DNA from: Eledone cirrhosa
Taxonomy: Eukaryota
Length of the DNA: 64,000 nt
Reading direction: 5' to 3'
NCBI GenBank assembly: GCA_964016885.1
Contig: OZ024740.1
Location: 12,710,001 to 12,774,000 of the forward strand
A program made the translations under genes and the position numbers. A model generated the notes under the pieces. The model was not told the DNA's origin, did no database searches, and saw nothing but the letters and a program-made list of their open reading frames with translations. Below are positions 54,201-64,000 of the stretch, in pieces (the stretch's first letter is position 1; each line of letters starts with the position of its first letter).

Positions 54201-57200
54201 TTGTCTCTAGTCTAATATCTTGTCTCTAGTCTAATGTCTCTAGTCTAATGTCTTGTCTCTAGTCTAATCTCTTGTCTCTAGTCTAATGTCTTGTCTCTAG
54301 TCTAATGTCTCTAGTCTAATATCTTGTCTCTAGTCTAATATCTTGTCTCTAGTCTAATGTCTTTCTCTAGTCTAATGTCTCTAGTCTAATGTCTTGTTTC
54401 TAGTCTAATGTCTCTAGACTAATGTCTTGTCTCTAGTCTAATATCTTGTCTCTAGTCTACTGTCTCTAGTCTAATGTCTTGTCTCTAGTCTAATGTCTCT
54501 AGTCTAATGTCTTGTCTCTAGTCTAATATCTTGTCTCTAGTCTAATGTCTTGTCTCTAGTCTAATATCTTGTCTCTAGTCTAATGTCTCTAGTCTAATGT
54601 CTTATCTCTAGTCTAATGTCTCTAGTCTAATGTCTTGTCTCTAGTCTAATGTCTCTAGTCTAATGTCTTGTCTCTAGTCTAATATCTTGTCTCTAGTCTA
54701 ATGTCTCTAGTCTAATGTCTTGTCTCTTGTCTAATATTTTGTCTCTAGTCTAATGTCTCTAGTCTAATGTCTTGTCTCTAGTCTAATGTCTCTAGTCTAA
54801 TGTCTTGTCTCTAGTCTAATGTCTCTAGTCTAATGTCTTGTCTCTAGTCTAATATCTTGTCTCTAGTCTAATGTCTCTAGTCTAATGTCTTGTCTCTAGT
54901 CTAATGTCTTGTCTCTAGTCTAATATCTTGTCTCTAGTCTAATGTCTCTAGTCTAATGTCTTGTCTCTAGTCTAATATCTTGTCTCTAGTCTAATGTCTC
55001 TAGTCTAATGTCTTGTCTCTAGTCTAATATCTTGTCTCTAGTCTAATGTCTCTAGTCTAATGTCTTGTCTCTAGTCTAATGTCTTGTCTCTAGTCTAATG
55101 TCTTGTCTCTAGTCTAATGTCTCTAGTCTAATGTCTTGTCTCTAGTCTAACGTCTTGTCTCTAGTCTAATGTCTCTGGTCTAATGTCTCTAGTGTAATGT
55201 CTTGTCTCTAGTCTAATGTCTTGTCTCTAATCTAATGTCTTGTCTCTAGTCTAATGTCTCTAGTCTAATGTCTTGTCTCTAGTCTAATATCTTGTCTCTA
55301 GTCTAATGTCTTGTCTCTAGTCTAATGTCTCTAGTCTAATGTCTTGTTTCTAGTCTAATGTCTCTAGTCTAATGTCTTGTCTCTAGTCTAATATCTTGTC
55401 TCTAGTCTAATGTCTTGTCTCTAGTCTAATGTCTCTAGTCTAATGTCTTGTCTCTAGTCTAACGTCTTGTCTCTAGTCTAATGTCTCTAGTGTAATGTCT
55501 TGTCTCTAGTCTAATGTCTTGTCTCTAGTCTAACGTCTTGTCTCTAGTCTAATGTCTCTAGTCTAATATCTTGTCTCTAGTCTAATGTCTCTAGTCTAAT
55601 ATCTTGTCACTAGTCTAATGTCTCTAGTCTAATATCTTGTCTCTAGTCTAACGTCTTGTCTCTAGTCTAATGTCTCTTCTAATATCTTGTCTCTAGTCTA
55701 ATGTCTCTAGTCTAATATCTTGTCACTAGTCTAATGTCTCTAGTCTAATGTCTTGTCTCTAGTCTAATGTCTTGTCTCTAGTATAATCTCTCTAGTCTAA
55801 TGTCTTGTCTCTAGTCTAATATCTTGTCTCTAGTCTAATATCTTGTCTCTAGTCTAATGTCTCTAGTCTAATGTCTTGTTTCTAGTCTAATGTCTCTAGT
55901 CTAATGTCTTGTCTCTAGACTAATATCTTGTCTCTAGTCTAATGTCTTGTCTCTAGTCTAATGTCTCTAGTCTAATGTCTTGTCTCTCGTCTAATATCTT
56001 GTCTCTAGTCTAATGTCTTCTCTCTAGTCTAATGTCTCTAGTATAATGTCTTGTTTCTAGTCTAATGTCTCTAGTCTAATGTCTTGTCTCTAGTCTCATA
56101 TCTTGTCTCTAGTCTAATGTCTCTAGTCTAATGTCTTGTCTCTAGTCTAATGTCTCTAGTCTAATGTCTTGTCTCTAGTCTAATATCTTGTCTCTAGTCT
56201 AATGTCTCTAGTCTAATGTCTTGTCTCTAGTCTAATATCTTGTCTCTAGTCTAATGTCTCTAGTCTAATGTCTCTAGTCTAATGTCTTGTCTCTAGTCTA
56301 ATATCTTGTCTCGAGTCTAATATCTCTAGTCTAATGTCTTGTCTCTAGTCTAATGTCTCTAGTCTAATGTCTTGTCTCTAGTCTAATATCTTGTCTCTAG
56401 TCTAATGTCTTGTCTCTAGTCTAATGACTCTAGTCTAATGTCTTGTTTCTAGTCTAATGTCTCTAGTCTAATGTCTTGTCTCTAGTCTAATATCTTGTCT
56501 CTAGTCTAATGTCTCTAGTCTAATGTCTTGTCTCTAATCTAATGTCTCTAGTCTATTGTCTTGTCTCTAGTCTAATATCTTGTCTCTAGTCTAATGTCTT
56601 GTTTCTAGTCTAATGTCTCTAGTCTAATGTCTTGTCTCTAGTCTAACGTCTTGTCTCTAGTCTAATGTCTCTAGTCTAATATCTTGTCTCTAGTCTAATG
56701 TCTCTAGTCTAATATCTTGTCACTAGTCCAATGTCTCTAGTCTAATATATTGTCTCTAGTCTAACGTCTTGTCTCTAGTCTAATGTCTCTAGTCTAATAT
56801 CTTGTCTCTAGTCTAATGTCTCTAGTCTAAAATCTTGTCACTAGTCTAATGTCTCTAGTCTAATGTCTTGTCTCTAGTCTAATGTATTGTCTCTAGTCTA
56901 ATGTCTTGTCTCTAGTCTAATGTCTCTAGTCTAATGTCTTGTCTCTAGTCTAATATCTTGTCTCTAGTCTAATGTCTTGTCTCTAGTCTAATGTCTCTTG
57001 TCTAATGTCTTGTTTCTAGTCTAATGTCTCTAGTCTAATGTCTTGTCTCTAGTCTAATATCTTGTCCCTTGTCTAATGTCTCTAGTCTAATGTCTTGTCT
57101 CTAGTCTAATGTCTCTAGTCTAATGTCTTGTCTCTAGTCTAATATCTTGTCTCTAGTCTAATGTCTCTAGTCTAATGTCTTGTCTCTAGTCTAATATCTT

Positions 57201-60200
57201 GTCTCTAGTCTAATGTCTCTAGTCTAATGTCTTGTCTCTAGTCTAATGTCTCTAGTCTAATGTCTTGTCTCTAGTCTAATGTCTCTAGTCTAATGTCTTG
57301 TTTCTAGTCTAATGTCTCTAGTCTAATGTCTTGTCTCTAGTCTAATATCTTGTCTCTAGTCTGATGTCTTGTCTCTAGTCTAATATCTTGTCTCTAGTCT
57401 AATGTCTTGTCTCTAGTCTAATGTCTCTAGTCTTATGTCTTGTCTCTAGTCTAACGTCTTGTCTCTAGTCTAATGTCTCTAGTCTAATATCTTGTCTCTA
57501 GTCTAATGTCTCTAGTCTAATATCTTGTCACTAGTCTAATGTCTCTAGTCTAATATCTTGTCTCTAGTCTAACGTCTTGTCTCTAGTCTAATGTCTCTAG
57601 TCTAATATCTTGTCTCTAGTCTAATGTCTCTAGTCTGATATCTTGTCACTAGTCTAATGTCTCTAGTCTAATGTCTTGTCTCTAGTCTAATGTCTTGTCT
57701 CTAGTATAATGTCTCTAGGCTAATGTCTTGTCTCTAGTCTAATATCTTGTCTCTAGTCTAATATCTTGTCTCTAGTCTAATGTCTCTAGTCTAATGTCTT
57801 GTTTCTAGTCTAATGTCCCTAGTCTAATGTCTTGTCTCTAGTCTAATATCTTGTCTCTAGTCTAATGTCTTGTCTCTAGTCTAATGTCTCTAGTCTAATG
57901 TCTTGTCTCTAGTCTAATATCTTGTCTCTAGTCTAATGTCTTGTCTCTAGTCTCATGTCTCTAGTCTAATGTCTTGTTTCTAGTCTAATGTCTCTAGTCT
58001 AATGTCTTGTCTCTAGTCTAATATCTTGTCTCTAGTCTAATGTCTCTAGTCTAATGTCTTGTCTCTAGTCTAATGTCTCTAGTCTAATGTCTTGTCTCTA
58101 GTCTAATATCTTGTCTCTAGTCTAATGTCTTGTCTCTAGTCTAATGTCTCTAGTCTAATGTCTTGTCTCTAGTCTAACGTCTTGTCTCTAGTCTAATTTC
58201 TCTAGTGTAATGTCTTGTCTCTAGTCTAATGTCTTGTCTCTAGTCTAACGTCTTGTCTCTAGTCTAATGTCTCTAGTCTAATATCTTGTCTCTAGTCTAA
58301 TGTCTCTAGTCTAATATCTTGTCACTAGTCCAATGTCTCTAGTCTAATGTATTGTCTCTAGTCTAACGTCTTGTCTCTAGTCTAATGTCTCTAGTCTAAT
58401 ATCTTGTCTCTAGTCTAATGTCTCTAGTCTAATGTCTTGTCTCTAGTCTAATCTCTTGTCTCTAGTCTAATGTCTTGTCTCTAGTCTAATGTCTTGTCTC
58501 TAGTCTAATGTCTCTAGTCTAATATCTTGTCTCTAGTCTAATATCTTGTCTCTAGTCTAATGTCTTGTCTCTAGTCTAATGTCTCTAGTCTAATGTCTAG
58601 TTTCTAGTCTAATGTCTCTAGACTAATGTCTTGTCTCTAGTCTAATATCTTGTCTCTAGTCTACTGTCTCTAGTCTAATGTCTTGTCTCTAGTCTAATGT
58701 CTCTAGTCTAATGTCTTGTCTCTAGTCTAATATCTTGTCTCTAGTCTAATGTCTTGTCTCTAGTCTAATATCTTGTCTCTAGTCTAATGTCTCTAGTCTA
58801 ATGTCTTATCTCTAGTCTAATGTCTCTAGTCTAATGTCTTGTCTCTAGTCTAATGTCTCTAGTCTAATGTCTTGTCTCTAGTCTAATATCTTGTCTCTAG
58901 TCTAATGTCTCTAGTCTAATGTCTCTAGTCTAATGTCTTGTCTCTTGTCTAATATTTTGTCTCTAGTCTAATGTCTCTAGTCTAATGTCTTGTCTCTAGT
59001 CTAATGTCTCTAGTCTAATGTCTTGTCTCTAGTCTAATGTCTCTAGTCTAATGTCTTGTCTCTAGTCTAATATCTTGTCTCTAGTCTAATGTCTCTAGTC
59101 TAATGTCTTGTCTCTAGTCTAATGTCTTGTCTCTAGTCTAATATCTTGTCTCTAGTCTAATGTCTCTAGTCTAATGTCTTGTCTCTAGTCTAATATCTTG
59201 TCTCTAGTCTAATGTCTCTAGTCTAATGTCTTGTCTCTAGTCTAATATCTTGTCTCTAGTCTAATGTCTCTAGTCTAATGTCTTGTCTCTAGTCTAATGT
59301 CTTGTCTCTAGTCTAATGTCTTGTCTCTAGTCTAATGTCTCTAGTCTAATGTCTTGTCTCTAGTCTAACGTCTTGTCTCTAGTCTAATGTCTCTGGTCTA
59401 ATGTCTCTAGTGTAATGTCTTGTCTCTAGTCTAATGTCTTGTCTCTAATCTAATGTCTTGTCTCTAGTCTAATGTCTCTAGTCTAATGTCTTGTCTCTAG
59501 TCTAATATCTTGTCTCTAGTCTAATGTCTTGTCTCTAGTCTAATGTCTCTAGTCTAATGTCTTGTTTCTAGTCTAATGTCTCTAGTCTAATGTCTTGTCT
59601 CTAGTCTAATATCTTGTCACTAGTCTAATGTCTTTTCTCTAGTCTAATGTCTCTAGTCTAATGTCTTGTCTCTAGTCTAACGTCTTGTCTCTAGTCTAAT
59701 GTCTCTAGTGTAATGTCTTGTCTCTAGTCTAATGTCTTGTCTCTAGTCTAACGTCTTGTCTCTAGTCTAATGTCTCTAGTCTAATATCTTGTCTCTAGTC
59801 TAATGTCTCTAGTCTAATATCTTGTCACTAGTCTAATGTCTCTAGTCTAATATCTTGTCTCTAGTCTAACGTCTTGTCTCTAGTCTAATGTCTCTTCTAA
59901 TATCTTGTCTCTAGTCTAATGTCTCTAGTCTAATATCTTGTCACTAGTCTAATGTCTCTAGTCTAATGTCTTGTCTCTAGTCTAATGTCTTGTCTCTAGT
60001 ATAATGTCTCTAGTCTAATGTCTTGTCTCTAGTCTAATATCTTGTCTCTAGTCTAATATCTTGTCTCTAGTCTAATGTCTCTAGTCTAATGTCTTGTTTC
60101 TAGTCTAATGTCTCTAGTCTAATGTCTTGTCACTAGTCTAATATCTTGTCTCTAGTCTAATGTCTTGTCTCTAGTCTAATGTCTCTAGTCTAATGTCTTG

Positions 60201-63200
60201 TCTCTCGTCTAATATCTTGACTCTAGTCTAATGTCTTCTCTCTAGTCTAATGTCTCTAGTATAATGTCTTGTTTCTAGTCTAATGTCTCTAGTCTAATGT
60301 CTTGTCTCTAGTCTCATATCTTGTCTCTAGTCTAATGTCTCTAGTCTAATGTCTTGTCTCTAGTCTAATGTCTCTAGTCTAATGTCTTGTCTCTAGTCTA
60401 ATATCTTGTCTCTAGTCTAATGTCTCTAGTCTAATGTCTTGTCTCTAGTCTAATCTCTTGTCTCTAGTCTAATGTCTTGTCTCTAGTCTAATGTCTCTAG
60501 TCTAATATCTTGTCTCTAGTCTAATATCTTGTCTCTAGTCTAATGTCTTGTCTCTAGTCTAATGTCTCTAGTCTAATGTCTTGTTTCTAGTCTAATGTCT
60601 CTAGACTAATGTCTTGTCTCTAGTCTAATATCTTGTCTCTAGTCTACTGTCTCTAGTCTAATGTCTTGTCTCTAGTCTAATGTCTCTAGTCTAATGTCTT
60701 GTCTCTAGTCTAATATCTTGTCTCTAGTCTAATGTCTTGTCTCTAGTCTAATATCTTGTCTCTAGTCTAATGTCTCTAGTCTAATGTCTTATCTCTAGTC
60801 TAATGTCTCTAGTCTAATGTCTTGTCTCTAGTCTAATGTCTCTAGTCTAATGTCTTGTCTCTAGTCTAATATCTTGTCTCTAGTCTAATGTCTCTAGTCT
60901 AATGTCTTGTCTCTTGTCTAATATTTTGTCTCTAGTCTAATGTCTCTAGTCTAATGTCTTGTCTCTAGTCTAATGTCTCTAGTCTAATGTCTTGTCTCTA
61001 GTCTAAAGTCTCTAGTCTAATGTCTTGTCTCTAGTCTAATATCTTGTCTCTAGTCTAATGTCTCTAGTCTAATGTCTTGTCTCTAGTCTAATGTCTTGTC
61101 TCTAGTCTAATATCTTGTCTCTAGTCTAATGTCTCTAGTCTAATGTCTTGTCTCTAGTCTAATATCTTGTCTCTAGTCTAATGTCTCTAGTCTAATGTCT
61201 TGTCTCTAGTCTAATATCTTGTCTCTAGTCTAATGTCTCTAGTCTAATGTCTTGTCTCTAGTCTAATGTCTTGTCTCTAGTCTAATGTCTTGTCTCTAGT
61301 CTAATGTCTCTAGTCTAATGTCTTGTCTCTAGTCTAACGTCTTGTCTCTAGTCTAATGTCTCTGGTCTAATGTCTCTAGTGTAATGTCTTGTCTCTAGTC
61401 TAATGTCTTGTCTCTAATCTAATGTCTTGTCTCTAGTCTAATGTCTCTAGTCTAATGTCTTGTCTCTAGTCTAATATCTTGTCTCTAGTCTAATGTCTTG
61501 TCTCTAGTCTAATGTCTCTAGTCTAATGTCTTGTTTCTAGTCTAATGTCTCTAGTCTAATGTCTTGTCTCTAGTCTAATATCTTGTCTCTAGTCTAATGT
61601 CTTGTCTCTAGTCTAATGTCTCTAGTCTAATGTCTTGTCTCTAGTCTAACGTCTTGTCTCTAGTCTAATGTCTCTAGTGTAATGTCTTGTCTCTAGTCTA
61701 ATGTCTTGTCTCTAGTCTAACGTCTTGTCTCTAGTCTAATGTCTCTAGTCTAATATCTTGTCTCTAGTCTAATGTCTCTAGTCTAATATCTTGTCACTAG
61801 TCTAATGTCTCTAGTCTAATATCTTGTCTCTAGTCTAACGTCTTGTCTCTAGTCTAATGTCTCTTCTAATATCTTGTCTCTAGTCTAATGTCTCTAGTCT
61901 AATATCTTGTCACTAGTCTAATGTCTCTAGTCTAATGTCTTGTCTCTAGTCTAATGTCTTGTCTCTAGTATAATGTCTCTAGTCTAATGTCTTGTCTCTA
62001 GTCTAATATCTTGTCTCTAGTCTAATATCTTGTCTCTAGTCTAATGTCTCTAGTCTAATGTCTTGTTTCTAGTCTAATGTCTCTAGTCTAATGTCTTGTC
62101 TCTAGACTAATATCTTGTCTCTAGTCTAATGTCTTGTCTCTAGTCTAATGTCTCTAGTCTAATGTCTTGTCTCTCGTCTAATATCTTGTCTCTAGTCTAA
62201 TGTCTTCTCTCTAGTCTAATGTCTCTAGTCTAACGTCTTGTCTCTAGTCTAATATCTTGTCTGTAGTCTAATGTCTCTAGTCTAACGTCTTGTCTCTAGT
62301 CTAATGTCTCTGGTCTAATGTCTCTAGTCTAATGTCTTGTCTCTAGTCTAATATCTTGTCTCTAGTCTAATGTCTTGTCTCTAGTCTAATGTCTCTAGTC
62401 TAATGTCTTGTTTCTAGTCTAATGTCTCTAGTGTAATGTCTTGTCTCTAGTCTAATATCTTGTCTCTAGTCTAACGTCTTGTCTCTAGTCTAATGTCTCT
62501 AGTCTAATATCTTGTCTCTAGTCTAATGTCTCTAGTCTAATATCTTGTCACTAGTCTAATGTCTCTAGTCTAATATCTTGTCTCTAGTCTAACGTCTTGT
62601 CTCTAGTCTAATGTCTCTTCTAATATCTTGTCTCTAGTCTAATGTCTCTAGTCTAATATCTTGTCACTAGTCTAATGTCTCTAGTCTAATGTCTTGTCTC
62701 TAGTCTAATGTCTTGTCTCTAGTATAATGTCTCTAGTCTAATGTCTTGTCTCTAGTCTAATGTCTCTAGTCTAATGTCTTGTCTCTAGTCTAATATCTTG
62801 TCTCTAGTCTAATGTCTCTAGTCTAATGTCTTGTCTCTAGTCTAATATCTTGTCTCTAGTCTAATGTCTCTAGTCTAATGTCTCTAGTCTAATGTCTTGT
62901 CTCTAGTCTAATATCTTGTCTCGAGTCTAATATCTCTAGTCTAATGTCTTGTCTCTAGTCTAATGTCTCTAGTCTAATGTCTTGTCTCTAGTCTAATATC
63001 TTGTCTCTAGTCTAATGTCTTGTCTCTATTCTAATGTCTCTAGTCTAATGTCTTGTTTCTAGTCTAATGTCTCTAGTCTAATGTCTTGTCTCTAGTCTAA
63101 TATCTTGTCTCTAGTCTAATGTCTCTAGTCTAATGTCTTGTCTCTAATCTAATGTCTCTAGTCTATTGTCTTGTCTCTAGTCTAATATCTTGTCTCTAGT

Positions 63201-64000
63201 CTAATGTCTTGTTTCTAGTCTAATGTCTCTAGTCTAATGTCTTGTCTCTAGTCTAACGTCTTGTCTCTAGTCTAATGTCTCTAGTTTAATGTCTTGTCTC
63301 TAGTCTAATGTCTTGTCTCTAGTCTAACGTCTTGTCTCTAGTCTAATGTCTCTAGTCTAATATCTTGTCTCTAGTCTAATGTCTCTAGTCTAATATCTTG
63401 TCACTAGTCCAATGTCTCTAGTCTAATATATTGTCTCTAGTCTAACGTCTTGTCTCTAGTCTAATGTCTCTAGTCTAATATCTTGTCTCTAGTCTAATGT
63501 CTCTAGTCTAAAATCTTGTCACTAGTCTAATGTCTCTAGTCTAATGTCTTGTCTCTAGTCTAATGTCTTGTCTCTAGTCTAATGTCTTGTCTCTAGTCTA
63601 ATGTCTCTAGTCTAATGTCTTGTCTCTAGTCTAATATCTTGTCTCTAGTCTAATGTCTTGTCTCTAGTCTAATGTCTCTAGTCTAATGTCTTGTTTCTAG
63701 TCTAATGTCTCTAGTCTAATGTCTTGTCTCTAGTCTAATATCTTGTCCCTTGTCTAATGTCTCTAGTCTAATGTCTTGTCTCTAGTCTAATGTCTCTAGT
63801 CTAATGTCTTGTCTCTAGTCTAATATCTTGTCTCTAGTCTAATGTCTCTAGTCTAATGTCTTGTCTCTAGTCTAATATCTTGTCTCTAGTCTAATGTCTC
63901 TAGTCTAATGTCTTGTCTCTAGTCTAATGTCTCTAGTCTAATGTCTTGTCTCTAGTCTAATGTCTCTAGTCTAATGTCTTGTCTCTAGTCTAATATCTTG
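51300..64000. repeat. ~6.0-6.7 kb tandem duplication containing a nested ~1.97 kb duplication
   Basis: Offsets: GG of TAGGCT 51705/57718 and CATG 51941/57954 (6013); TTT of TAGTTTC 52460/58601 (6141); CATATC 54129/60315 (6186); CTCGAG 56310/62920 and GTCTATTG 56551/63161 (6610); CCCTT 57066/63747 (6681). Nested pairs: CATATC 54129/56097 (1968) and CTCTTC 59892/61861 (1969). Confidence 0.9.

Larger units (their letters stand above)
1..64000. repeat. Satellite DNA array of mixed 14-bp (GTCTAATGTCTCTA) and 19-bp (GTCTAATRTCTTGTCTCTA) monomers, head-to-tail, one orientation
   Basis: Every line consists of these monomers with scattered substitutions and rare small indels. No unique sequence and no reverse-complement monomers (TAGAGACATTAGAC) were seen on the + strand. 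The array runs off both window edges. Confidence 0.99.

Noticed and set aside
1-64000. Repetitive protein-coding ORF on the + strand (ATG in most monomers)
   Set aside because: Each monomer has TAG and TAA in two different frames, and the 14/19-bp lengths shift the remaining open frame onto a stop in the next monomer. ORFs are only a few codons long.
1-64000. Long - strand ORF under amber (TAG) reassignment, since the consensus - strand contains only TAG stops
   Set aside because: This follows from low complexity. Monomer indels of 14 and 19 bp and 1-2 bp indels do not preserve frame, and variants create TGA (from GTCACTAG) and TAA (from CTTATG, CTTATC). There is no sign of coding constraint.
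1-64000. CRISPR array or other repeat-spacer system
   Set aside because: There are no unique spacers between repeats, the units are too short, and no cas genes or leader are present.
1-64000. Telomerase-synthesised variable telomeric repeat (14/19-bp stuttering)
   Set aside because: There is no G-rich strand with G runs, and multi-kb blocks with shared point variants show copying by recombination or replication rather than de novo template addition. A subtelomeric location is not excluded.
1-64000. S/L/M order as an information-bearing code, or synthetic/simulated DNA
   Set aside because: The order is explained by nested duplications and deletions with inherited mutations, as expected for natural satellite evolution. 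No decoding mechanism is evident.
1-64000. Hairpins, terminators, G-quadruplexes or structured RNA genes
   Set aside because: Self-complementarity is limited to CTAG and TAG-T-CTA. There are no G tracts, long inverted repeats or tRNA/rRNA-like sequence.

Overview
The whole 64,000-bp window is one uninterrupted, single-orientation satellite array with no unique sequence, genes, RNA genes, transposons or CRISPR spacers visible; both ends lie inside the array. It is built from three monomers: S = GTCTAATGTCTCTA (14 bp), L = GTCTAATGTCTTGTCTCTA (19 bp) and M = GTCTAATATCTTGTCTCTA (19 bp). These are assembled from GTCT-initiated 7-, 7- and 5-bp submotifs. There are roughly 3,700-3,800 monomers (estimate from a ~17 bp mean length), at about 35% GC with a strongly T/pyrimidine-rich + strand. 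Rare point variants used as barcodes reveal a hidden hierarchy: 33/52/71-bp words, two alternating ~2.2-2.4 kb higher-order units (A and B), and recent tandem duplications of 2,330, 3,960, 5,176 and ~6.0-6.7 kb. A homogenised core (~8-51 kb) is flanked on both sides by sequence sharing a different haplotype. The source is most likely eukaryotic heterochromatin, but the organism cannot be identified from the sequence. I found no protein-coding system; what is of interest is the array architecture, and all functional ideas below are speculative. Offsets were counted by hand from marker positions.
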